NCBI RefSeq assembly: GCF_009914755.1
Contig: NC_060929.1
DNA length: 64,000 nucleotides
Source: the human T2T-CHM13v2.0 reference genome, Homo sapiens
Strand: one strand, 5' to 3'
Shown: piece after piece, positions 1 through 22,137 of the stretch
Numbering within the stretch: position 1 is the first letter of the stretch
Layout of the letters: every line of letters begins with the position of its first letter
Position numbers and translations under genes: made by a program
Notes under the pieces: model-generated
The model's input: only the letters and a program-made list of their open reading frames with translations
The model's database searches: none
Told to the model about the DNA's origin: nothing

Positions 1-300
1 AATCATTTCATTTTTTAAGTGTCTTTCAGCAAGCAGAGTTTTTTTATTTTGATGATGACAAGTTTATCAATTATTTTATTTTATGGCTCATACTTTTTGT
101 GTCCTTTCCAAGAATCTTTGCCTAACTCAAAGTCAAAGATTTTTCCTCTGTTTTCTTCTACAAGTTTTCTAATTTTAAGTTTTACGTTTAGGTCTATGAT
201 CCTTTTGGGGTTAATTTTTGTATTTGATGCCCAGTAAGGGTCAAAACTCCTTTTATTTGTTTATTTATGCTTATAGAAGTCGAATTGTTACAGCAACTTG
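1..300 (-). mobile_element. Old L1 (L1M) ORF2-region fragment
   Basis: T-rich sequence typical of antisense L1 (…tttaggtctatgatcc…gggttaatttttgtat…). Confidence 0.6.
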
Positions 301-454
301 TTGATTTTGTTGGCCTTACTACCTCTGTCATTGGTAGGCAGGTTTATAGATAGTAATCCCTGAGCGTCTGTTAGTCAGTTACATTGTATCTTTGGCTTGC
401 TGATCAGCCCGGCAGAATCATTGGAAGATAGCAAGTAAAAATTTTTATCTCCAA

Positions 455-910
<456 letters not shown>

Positions 911-980
911 TTTCATCTCCAGTCCCTGTTTCTTCCTGATTTTTATAAGCTCATATACTGTATATGGTTTTAACGATGCA

Positions 981-1775
981 CTTTTTTTTTTTTTCTTTCT
1001 GGAGACAAGCTCTTACTGTGTCACCCAGGCTGCAGTGCAATGGTGTGATCTCGGCTCACTGCAGCCTCTGCCTCTCAGGTTCAAGTGATTCTCCTGCCTC
1101 AGCCTCCTGAGTAGCTGGGACTATAGATGCACACCATCACGCCCAGCTAATTTTTTTACTTTTATAGAAACGGGGTTTCACCATGTTGTCCAGGCTGGTC
1201 TTGAACTCCTCACTTCAGGTGATCCACCTGTAGCAGGAAGAGCCGCAGACAAAACTCCTCAGACACCGGATTAAAGAAGGAAGAGGTTATTTATTCAGCC
1301 AGGAGCGTCGGCAGACTTGTGTCTTAGGAGCCAAGCTCCCCGAAAAAGAAATTCTCGGCCTTTTTAAAGACTTACAACTTTAAGGGGTCCATGTGAAAGA
1401 GTCGTAATACATCAAGCAAGCGTGGGAAACGTGACTGGGGGCTACATGCATCAGCTAACAGAACAAAAAGTTTTACAATGCTTTTTTCATGCAGTGTCTG
1501 GAATTTACAGATAACACAAGTAGTTTAGGTCAGGGGTTGATGTTATTGTTACTTTTTTTAACTCCTAGGGCTGGGTGGTGTTGCCAAGGTTGTCTGGCTA
1601 TTTATCTTACTTTTGTTTTTTTCCAACTTTTTGCTTTTTCTCTCTTTCCTCCTGTCTTGTGAACTAGGCAAGGTGAGGGGAGGAAGGCAGCAGGAGTAGT
1701 AGTGGTCTCCTGCCTTATACCCACCTTGACCTCCCGAAGTGTTGGGATTACAGGCATGAGCCACCGTCCCCGGCC
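981..1775 (-). mobile_element. Alu split by an LTR insertion (pieces 981-1228 and ~1718-1775)
   Basis: Alu stops at gatccacc and resumes caccttgacctcccgaagtg. Confidence 0.88.
1229..1717 (-). mobile_element. Solo ERV1 LTR, LTR2B-like (HERV-E group)
   Basis: Reverse strand starts TAAGGCAGGAGACCACTACTACTCC and ends …GCGGCTCTTCCTGCTACA, with AATAAA; approximate 4-bp TSD cacc/tacc. Confidence 0.8.
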
Positions 1776-2276
1776 TTAATGATGCACTTTGGATGAGAGT
1801 CATTGCTAATGTATTTTTTTTCTGCAGTCTGCAGTATAGTTTCAATTCCTAATCACTATTTTTTTGTTGTTGTTACTTCATGGCTGCTAATGACCTTATC
1901 ACTAAAACGTCAACAATCCAGATCTGTGTGCAGCACATGGGTGGGGAGAGTGCTTGTGGTTTGCTTTGCCTACAGCATTTTTTCTTACCAGCAGGGGGAG
2001 CAGCAACCTTGGCATTTGGAAATAATCCCCAGCTTAAACTTTTCTATGGGAAAGATTTGTGTCTTGCATATTGGGTCCTCCTGAGTTGTTACTTGCAGGC
2101 TGAAGAACCTAAAATGAATTTGTAATCCTACAAAAAGGCAGGTAAGCCCTTTTGAATTTGTTGTAGCTGTTACTATTAAAATCTACATTTACCTTATGTG
2201 GAATTTCACCAGAGGAAAAAAATAGCCATGCCATCATCATACCTGTTCTTTGAATTATCACAAAATATACCCATTA

Positions 2277-2582
<306 letters not shown>

Positions 2583-3006
2583 TTATTGATTTATTGATTG
2601 ATTGATTTTCTATACACTCCCTAAAGGATCTGGGCTCTGTCCGATCCATTTAAGTTCCCGCTTTAAGATCCATCTCAAAGATGGTCTTCTCCAAAAGGTT
2701 TCTCTCAGTTCACCCAAATAAAAATTACCTCTCACCAACTCAAAGCCTCTTTCCTTTACTTCTTACAGCACTCCTCTAGCTGAAGTTGTAATTATGCGCC
2801 TGTTTTATTTCTATGGCTGTAGCTAAGTTCCTGACTTATCTGGGCATCCCCTTAACAATCCCTGGAATTACCTCACACATGGCCAATGTTGAATATATTT
2901 TTGTTCAAAGACAGATTTGAGCAAAAGCAAAAGAAAGAAGAAAAAAAATCTCCTGAATGGTGTGTGTACAAATGTGAACTACCTGCTTTCAGTGTAGCTT
3001 CATATC

Positions 3007-3623
<617 letters not shown>

Positions 3624-3743
3624 TAGAGAAGAGAGGTTTTTCATGAAACTGTAAAAGGCCAGAATTATTTTCCCGAGGGTATGGGTGGTAGTGCCCTCTT
3701 AGACAGGATTTTAAAGTTTAATGATGCATTTATTCACCCCCAA

Positions 3744-3922
3744 TATATATATTATATATCATATATATTTTAATATAGATTTGTAATGTATATTAAAATA
3801 TACATTACAAAAATACAATATATTTATATATTATATAAATTATATATTATGTATTATATATTTTATATTATATATAATGTATTTATATAATTATATATTC
3901 TGTATTTTTATATATTATATAT
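3744..3922. repeat. AT-rich (TA)n-like low-complexity tract
   Basis: Almost pure A/T with TA dinucleotide runs. Confidence 0.9.
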
Positions 3923-3956
3923 CTTTGGCGAATGGATGTATTTATTAGGAAATAAA

Positions 3957-4155
<199 letters not shown>

Positions 4156-5112
4156 GTGGCATTCACCCAATATTTATTGCTCACTTACTACATGCCAGCT
4201 ACTTTCCTAGGTGCTGCAGTCACAGTGGCCCAAACCATGGCAAGTCCAGGTGCTACTTCCCTACAGTTATCTGGGAAAGTCTTTACCCACTTGATTCCAC
4301 CCTGCTTCAGGTCCAAGATGAACTTCTCTTAGAACCTGGGCTTCTGACAGAGACAGATTTTATGAATTCTGACCCCTGTGGGTTTCTTTACCCCATTCAG
4401 TCTCCAGTCTATGTATTGCACAGAATTTGACTATCTTCCTTCTAGTCTCCTTTCCTTTGTCTCCTTATCATCTTCCACCACCTCTGACACCTGAGTCCCA
4501 GTTTGTCTTCCAACATGTGTTAACCTGAGAATCCCCCCAAATCAATCAGGGTAAAGCAGAATGGAAAAGAGTCTGGCCTGAGATTCCATAGACCTGATTT
4601 CAACCAGTCAGATAGGTAACCTCAAGCAAGACACATTATTCTCAGTAAAGTGAGAATCTCAGGTCAAACCAGTGGCCTCCAAGTCACGGAAATGCATTCC
4701 AGGTGTCCCCTGAGGCAAAGGGGAGCCAAGCTGGTGGGGCTTCAGGCTGCCCACTCTACCCCTACTTTCAGCCAGAGGACCCTCACCTTCATCTCTTTTG
4801 TTTACTAAGTTCCATTTATGATTTTATATTTTTAATTTTTTAAAAAGAACAATATGTGCAAAAGTTTGACAAACACTGAATCATATAATCTCCAAATTTC
4901 TTTGAGATTTGATATTGATTAGTACTGTTATTATCTCCCTATGTATTTATTGTTGATTACATACAAATTAGAGAAAGCAATCTCACAGATTTCAAAGCGC
5001 ATTTGAAGAGTCATGTCTGATGAGGGAACAAAACTTTTCTTCCAAGGGGTTAAAAAGATGCCCTGTAATTCCACAACCAGTCTACCTTCTTCCCTTTTCC
5101 TATAATTAAAAA

Positions 5113-10930
<5,818 letters not shown>

Positions 10931-11167
10931 AGAAGTGAATTATCGAAGCAATCAATTAAATATTTGTTTCCTTTTTTATCTCTACATGTTTTGAATTTTC
11001 TAAAATAGACCAATTAATTTGGCAGTAAGCAAATATACCTAGTTTTAAAATTATTTAAATTCAAAATTGTATATGCTACGTTATATCCTTCCTGGCTATC
11101 ATCAACACTTTTCATAAGGTTAGTGAAGTCTCAAGGAGGTGACCCCAGCGCATTACACTGACATAGT

Positions 11168-11575
11168 GTTGTAAGTTGTGTTCTTTGTGAAGCGGATTTT
11201 GAGACAGAGTTTTGTGGGAAGGATGTTTGTTAAGGAGTGCTCTTAGGACCAGCACCTGTGGAAGGGAAAAGGGTGGAAGTAGGAGTACACAGGGAAGGAA
11301 GGTGAATTTTGATGCAGGCTCCTCAGGAAGCTCTGGAACTAGAATAGCCCTTCAGACTTGGTCTGTATTGGGCTGACAGCCAGACTTTCATACTCTGCAT
11401 CACTCAGTTCTTGATGTGGGCTCTGGAAAGAGCATCACATTGGGTGAAAGAAATCTCTGCAACTGGCACAATTTCCAAACTCACTGCCAGCTGAAACTTG
11501 TCTGCCGGCAGCATTCTCAGCAACTGAGGACACAAGTCCTTCATTGAAGGAGGGTCTTGATAGTGCATCACCACG
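11168..11575. mobile_element. ERVL LTR fragment (LTR33-like)
   Basis: ggagtgctcttaggaccagcacctgtggaaggg…gatgcag…ggaagctctgga motifs resemble the LTR33 family. Confidence 0.5.
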
Positions 11576-11592
11576 TATACCCCACATGGATA

Positions 11593-11894
11593 TTTCTTTT
11601 TTTTTTTTTTTCTTTGAGACAGAGTACCGCTCTGCCACCCAGGCTGGAGTGCAATGGCCGATCTTGGTCACTGCAACCTCCACCTCCCAGGTTCAAGAGA
11701 TTCTACTGCCTCAGCCTCCTGAGTAGCTGGGATTACAGGCATGCACCACCTGCCTGGCTAATTTTTGTATTTTTAGTAGAGACAGTGTTTCACCATGTTG
11801 GCCAGGCTGGTCTCGAACTCCTTACCTCAGGTGATCCGCCAGCCTCAGCCTCCGAAAGTGCTGGGATTACAGCCATGAGCCACAGCACCCAGCC
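11593..11894 (-). mobile_element. AluS with TSD cacatggaYatttct
   Basis: Full antisense Alu with a flanking direct repeat. Confidence 0.93.
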
Positions 11895-14107
11895 ATCACA
11901 TGGACATTTCTAATGGGAACATGTCTTTCAAAACATCTCCTGTAATCTCATTTTATAGATCCTGCAGCAAAAGACAGGAATTACATAAGGACACATATTA
12001 ACAACTACCTTCCCAAATATTTTTTTCTCACAGCAACTACAGTGACCTTTACAAAATACAAATCTGATCAAGTCACTCCTCAACTTAAAATGTTTCAGTG
12101 GCTTCTCATTACTAAGGACAGAAGTCAAAGTAGCATATGCGAACCTCAAAGCCTTGCACAGTCTGTCCCCTGCTGCTCCCTCTAGCATCTCGCCTTCCGT
12201 TCTTGCCCTGCCAGCCATGATGGCATTTGACATTTTGAGGCACCTTGCTTCTTCTCACCATAGACCAGTTTCCTCTGCTTCAAAGACTCCACCCTAACAT
12301 GACAACTGCATGAGTGATCTTATACTGCTTTTGGCAAAATATCGCTTTGTCATCTTTGTTCTTATGTGTGTAATGCCAGACTTTAAGTTTGGAACATTGG
12401 TTAGTAATCGACCATCCACTGTCTCATTGCACTTGCAGCAGCAGAATTGTTACCATGGTGACAAATATTGCCGTTAAAAATATTGGCTTTTATCTGATAG
12501 GGGTATTGACTTGATGCCCCAATTGATAACTCCCTCTGAGGAAGAGGCCTGTTGCTTTGAAATACATAGGTATTTATGCATCTATCTCTTGATGAAGTAT
12601 CAAGATAGAAAAGGAAATGCAGAGAAAGTGCATGGCACAGCACGCTGTGGTGGGCAAGTCCCCATCTCTACTTTACTTAAATTGCATTTGGGTGGATAAA
12701 CTATATTCATGCTGAAGAAGCCCTCAGACAGGGGAGGGTGTATAAAACAAGACTAGAAGAAAGACAAAAGATAAAGCCATAGTCTACACAATTATGAGAT
12801 TAAACCGTTTGTAGCTAGGATAATTCAGACTCTGGCATAGCTGTAAACCTGGAACTCCAGACCAAAGGCTTTGAAAGGAGTTTCCTTTTATCTCTCTCCT
12901 CTACCCCACCTGCCAACCTTTCACATTCCCGGGTGGCTTTCCCAAAGGCCCTCTCAGACTTTAGAGTATGTGCCTCTCTCTCTTTCTCTCTCCTTCTACC
13001 TGTACCCACTGTTTCAAGAGTCAACTCCCAGAACATCTTAATCTCAGCCTCTATGGTATTTATCAAAAATCACAAGATGAGATTTTCCAGCCACCCACTA
13101 GAGCAACTGAGAAGGGATTCCCCTGATACTGACAAGCCACCGCTCCTCCCAGAATACGTCGCTTCTCACCTCCTCCATCTTGGCTACACATATTTGGTGT
13201 TCAGAAAAGGTCCCTAAGTTTTGCCGGAAACCCAACTTCTGTCCTCCAAGGTACTGCTGCTGCAGAGAATGAGCAAAGACTTGCAAGGCTGGGCAGGTGC
13301 TCCCCTCCTGGACTTACATGGCTCCCAGAATCATTTTTCTCAAATCCAAATTTTATTATTTGGTGTTAATAATTTAATGTTTTCCATGGACTCATTTTAC
13401 AGGTTTTTTAAAAACGGAAAGACAATTTTTTTTTACAGTAAAGGTTTTTAAAATTTATAATCCCATTTCTAATGTAGTGTGATTTTTTTATTCTGGGAAT
13501 TAACTTGCACACGAACACATAATTTACATCATGTTAGTACACAGCATTTTGGACTATTTTACTTCTTAATATATTTAAACATTTTTCCGTGTTTCTGAAT
13601 ACTTTTTATGTCACTTAGAATTTTTATTTCATGCTTATTGAAAGATCTTTCAGACTTAGATATTCTGTCATAAATCTGTCATGTGTATGTGTAAAAAGGA
13701 AAACATTGGTGAAATAAATTGATTAGGGCATTTCTAAGGCAGTGATAGTGACATGCAATTGACACCTTGCTGACAGATTTAAAAACAATCCTGATTTCAG
13801 AGATATTAAAATAAAGATACAGTAACAACACCCCATGAATACAACCTCTTCTTTAAGAAATAGAATAATCACTATTCTGTTGAAACTCCTTGTGTGTGCC
13901 CCTCAGATCAGACATCTCTCCCTTTATCCTATAGATAGTCACTATCCTTAATTTTGTGATTATCATTTCCTTGTTTTTCTCTATACTTTTAGCAAATATA
14001 TATCCCATTGTTGAATCTTATTTTTGAGCTGTTCTACAAATTGAACTATATCATATATATTTTTGTGACTTGCTTTTAGTATCCCACATTATGTAAGATT
14101 TATCCAT

Positions 14108-14410
14108 GCCAGCCACACATGGTGGCTCATGCCTGTGATCCCAGCACTTTGGGAGGCCGAGGAGGACGGATTGCTTGAGGTCAAGAATTCGAGACCAGCC
14201 TGGCCAACATGGCAAAACCTTGTCTCTAGTAAAAATACAAAAATTTAGCTGGGCATGGTGGTGCATGCCTGTAATCCCAGCTACTCCGGAGGTTGAGGCA
14301 TGAGAATTACTGGAGCCTGGGCAGCCAAGGTTGCAGTGAGCCAAGATTATCCCACTGCACTCCAGCCTGGGCAACAAACTGAGACTCTGTCTCAAAAAAA
14401 TAAAAAATAA
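14108..14410 (+). mobile_element. Alu inserted in an old antisense L1M fragment
   Basis: Full dimer; the flanks are L1ME-like. Confidence 0.9.
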
Positions 14411-14646
14411 ACATTTATCAATGCTAACATGTATAGCTGCTATTCATTTTCACTATTGTAGATTATGCACTGTAGTCCATTCCACAATTTATTAACTCTC
14501 CTGTTTGATGAACATTTGGGCAATTTCCAGGGTTTTGCTATTACAACTTGTTTTACTGTAAACATTCTCCTAGTTGTCTACTGGTAAGCATATGTGAGAA
14601 TTTCTCCACTGTCTACACCTTGGAGGAAGACTTGTTAAGATTAGAT

Positions 14647-14866
14647 CAAGAGTCAGCACACATTTTCTTAAAGGCCCAGATAATATTTTAGATTCTGTGG
14701 GCCATATGGTCTCCATTGCCACTACTCAGAGCTGTCATTTTTAGCGTGAAAGCAGCCATAGGCAATATGCAAAGGAAAGTCTGTGACTATGTTCCAATAA
14801 AACTTTATTTACAAATCCAGGCAGCTGGTAAGATTTGGACCTCAGAACATGATTTGCCAATTCCTG
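14647..14866 (+). mobile_element. MER58A-like hAT-Charlie DNA transposon
   Basis: …aaaggcccagataatattttag…gggccatatggtctc…aaagcagccatag…gttccaataaaactttatttac… matches MER58. Confidence 0.75.
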
Positions 14867-15298
14867 ATCTAGAAGAATAGATTTCCTATTCTAATTGCCT
14901 ACAAATACTGCTGTATTGCTCCTTCCTACCCTGAATATCCCCTGAGGGGATGTGAATCCTGTCTCTGCATAGGCTAAGAACTGGACTGAATGTCCATGTT
15001 CAGGGGCATTCAGGGAAAAGAGGAGAATGGGCGAGGGGACATGGTGGTGGCCATGCATCCCAGCTCTTAGTCTGTGGCTTTGACAGTCTCGGGGAAGCAA
15101 AAGGGATTGAGGCAAAGCTGAACACTCACGTTGGCTCTGCTGGCCGTGGGCGGGTGGTGGAGCTCTACTTGCCTGGAGGCTGGGGTCTCCAGCTGTAGCA
15201 TAGCCACCATCACAGAAGCCACTGTGAGGTCACCACCAGGCTATGGGCAGAAAAATTCAAGCAGGAGATTGTATTTCTTTTGGAGTTGTACGATTTCC

Positions 15299-15304
15299 TT
15301 TATT
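15299..15304 (-). terminator. GARIN3: GARIN3 polyadenylation signal AATAAA
   Basis: TTTATT on + strand about 85 nt past the stop codon. Confidence 0.75.
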
Positions 15305-15388
15305 ATTTGAACTGCAGTAAAGAAAGCTGGGATGGGCTCCTCTAGGGATACTTCCAGATCCCTGGGCGGTTGTAGCCCTGGCTCCTCT

Positions 15389-16600
<1,212 letters not shown>

Positions 16601-16705
16601 CTATACCAAGGGGAAGAGAAACAGATGAGATTGAGATGACTGAAAGGGAGATCAGAACTTTCTACTCCTCTCTTATCCTGGAGTTAATTCAAGGGCTTAT
16701 AATTA

Positions 16706-17055
<350 letters not shown>

Positions 17056-17082
17056 ACCTCTAAAATCATTAAGTCTAAGTCT

Positions 17083-17393
17083 TTTGTCTTTTTTTTTTTT
17101 TTTTTTTTTGAGACAGAGTCTTGCTCTGTCGCCCAGGCTAGAGTGCAGTGGCACGATCTTGGCTCACTGCAATCTCCGCCTCCCAGGTTCAAGGGATTCT
17201 CCTGCCTTAGCCTCTTGAATAGCTGGGACTACAGGCGCCCACCACCATACCTGGCTAATTTTTTTGTATATTTAGTAGAGATGAGGTTTCACCATGTTGG
17301 CCAGGCTGGTGTCGATCTCCTGACCTCTGGTGAGCCGCCTTCCTTGGCCTCTCAAAGTGCTGGGTTAACAAGCATGAGCCACCGCACCCGGCC
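17083..17393 (-). mobile_element. Alu in GARIN3 intron
   Basis: Poly-T plus antisense dimer. Confidence 0.92.
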
Positions 17394-17768
17394 TAAGCCT
17401 AAGTCTTGCTCTCATTTCTTGCCAAGTTCCATCTACAGCACCCCTTCAATGGTCACTCAGTTTTGGTTGAGCAATTCCAGTACCAGAGAAAGTACTGATA
17501 CAATTCCTCATCCTTGGACATTGTATTTTACACACTTATTTTTACGTGCTCTGCAGGACAGATTTCCAGAAGTGGGATTGCACAGTCAAGGGATACACTC
17601 ACTTTACATTTTGGTGACTACTACGATTGTGCACGTGCATACACACACACAGGGTGTGCTGATTGACACAGAAATCAGTGCCTGGTAGTCACAGGGAGAC
17701 AGACTGTGACTCAAATCGAAGAAAGACTTCTTCATTGTTAAAAATATGGCACAGCACTTTAGTGGATG

Positions 17769-18170
<402 letters not shown>

Positions 18171-18369
18171 AGTTCCACAACAAATCAGACCACCTGGGTT
18201 GGGGTATTAAGTGTTCAAGAAAAGACTGACGATCAGGATGGTGTAGAAAGGATTTCAACCCTGGGTGTGAGACCAGAGTAGCTGATACCTAAGGTCTCTG
18301 AAATTCAGCCTTATGGGACACACAAGCCCTCCCACCTCCCAGTGTGGTAAGTCCCCTAGTAGTGGCTCA

Positions 18370-19122
<753 letters not shown>

Positions 19123-19800
19123 TTAAGACAGCTCCACCAGCCACAAATAGAGTCCCCGAGAGAGAGACGGAGAGAAGGTAACTGCCCATCTCCCTACAGG
19201 ACTTCTGCCTAAATCTCCTGGCACCACCACATTTATCCCCTGCAGTCCTTTGTGACCTGTGCGCATCTCACACCCCTTTGTCCTAGCCTCCATGTAGCTA
19301 TCCCCTCTGGTCAGTGTCACCAGCCTCCCCCACAAAACAAATCAATGCCTCCACAGGGGAGAGGCTAACCCTGCCTGGGGTGTAGGTGTGGGTAGGCTGG
19401 GTGTTCTTTTCAATCAAAATGCTGGGACACATAATTTATGAACCATTCTGCTTTTATAAATATCTGGGTTGTTTCCAGTTTTGCTGTTGTTACAGTTACC
19501 CCTTCAAGGATCATCTTCTTGCAAAAATTTTTTTGCTTGGGCTGAATTACTTCCTGGGGGTAAAATCCTGGGTGTGTATGGTGTGCTTGCTAAGGGCAGG
19601 GGTGCTGTCTAGATGCTGATCTCTGTGTCTCCAGTGTGTAGGTAGCACAGTGCCAGCAGGCACTCAGGGATAGGTGTTGAATGAATGGTCTGAAGGGACT
19701 CCTGCTCCCCATCAGAACTACAGAACCAGGGTTCCATCTGTGTGCTGATTTTCAGGATATGGAGGATTTTCTCACCTAGTCTCTCATTTGAAGCAGTTAA

Positions 19801-20127
<327 letters not shown>

Positions 20128-21077
20128 TAAAGTGAGAAAACCAAGGCTCAGGATTGTCTTACTTGAGGTCAGAGTCCAAAGCTGGATTCTAGGTCAGAGC
20201 TTTTTCTCTTCCTCAAGCTGCATGGCTCACTGATAATCTCATTCTGCATCAGAGCTAGTGTCATTGGTAGTTAGTGATGTGTGTGGGGATTTACTGGGAA
20301 CCACAGGAATTCTTGGAGGTCTTGAATCACCGTAGGATTTCCCACACTGATATGTCTGCTGCTTCAGTCTTGATGCCTGCTTGATAAACCACTGACGTTC
20401 CGTTTCTTTTTAAAGCTCTTCTGAGAAATGGTGGCAAAGACATCTTTCTGGAGTTTTTGTTTTGTTTTGTTTTACTTTGCTCAAGGTGAAGAATCCAAAT
20501 TCCCCCTCCCCCAGCTAGAGAAATACTTCTGAAATAAACATACATTCCGCCAAACTCAATCATTACCATGTGGAGGTCTTGAAATAAACTTCAACCACAA
20601 AATGTTATTTTTGTATCCCCCAGTGCCAACTGCAGTGCCTGGCACATTGCAGCTTCGCAGTAAATATAAACTTGCTTGTGCCCATTGAGATTCATTCTTC
20701 CATTTATTTATTCAAAAAAGTTTAATGAGCAAGTATTTTGTTTGGGACCAGCTAGAAAGTGGAAATGCAAAGATAAAGTTTCCTATCTCTGAAAAGCTGA
20801 AATATTTTTTCTAAAGATATTGAATGACTTTTTGGGGAAAAAAAAGAAAAAACAAAGTGGCATATATTCTGTTATAAGGGAATCATAACTAAAAGTCAAC
20901 ACAATTATGTTAAAAAGTAAGAAGTTGGAGCTATATATAGATGTAGCCATATATTCTTCTCATATGTTCATTTCTGATGAATAATTAATAATGACAGAAC
21001 TATAATTGTATGATTGAGAACCTGCTATAAGCCAGGCATGCTGTTGCCACCATACATTCTTCTAAACATTTTAATTC

Positions 21078-21985
<908 letters not shown>

Positions 21986-22137
21986 TTACAAGAAATTTCA
22001 GCAAGGTCACATAAGACCAAAAGCACACCGACATCCCAAAATATGGCAATGGTTAAACTATACTAGACTGACTAGACTGGTGACACTAATAGGACAGATA
22101 GAATACAAACATACAAATGCAAAGCAGCATAAATTTA

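Noticed and set aside
17143-17688. 181-aa ORF and many similar 60-130 aa ORFs across the window
   Set aside because: Translations of Alu sequence ([24 protein letters not shown] motifs), not genes.
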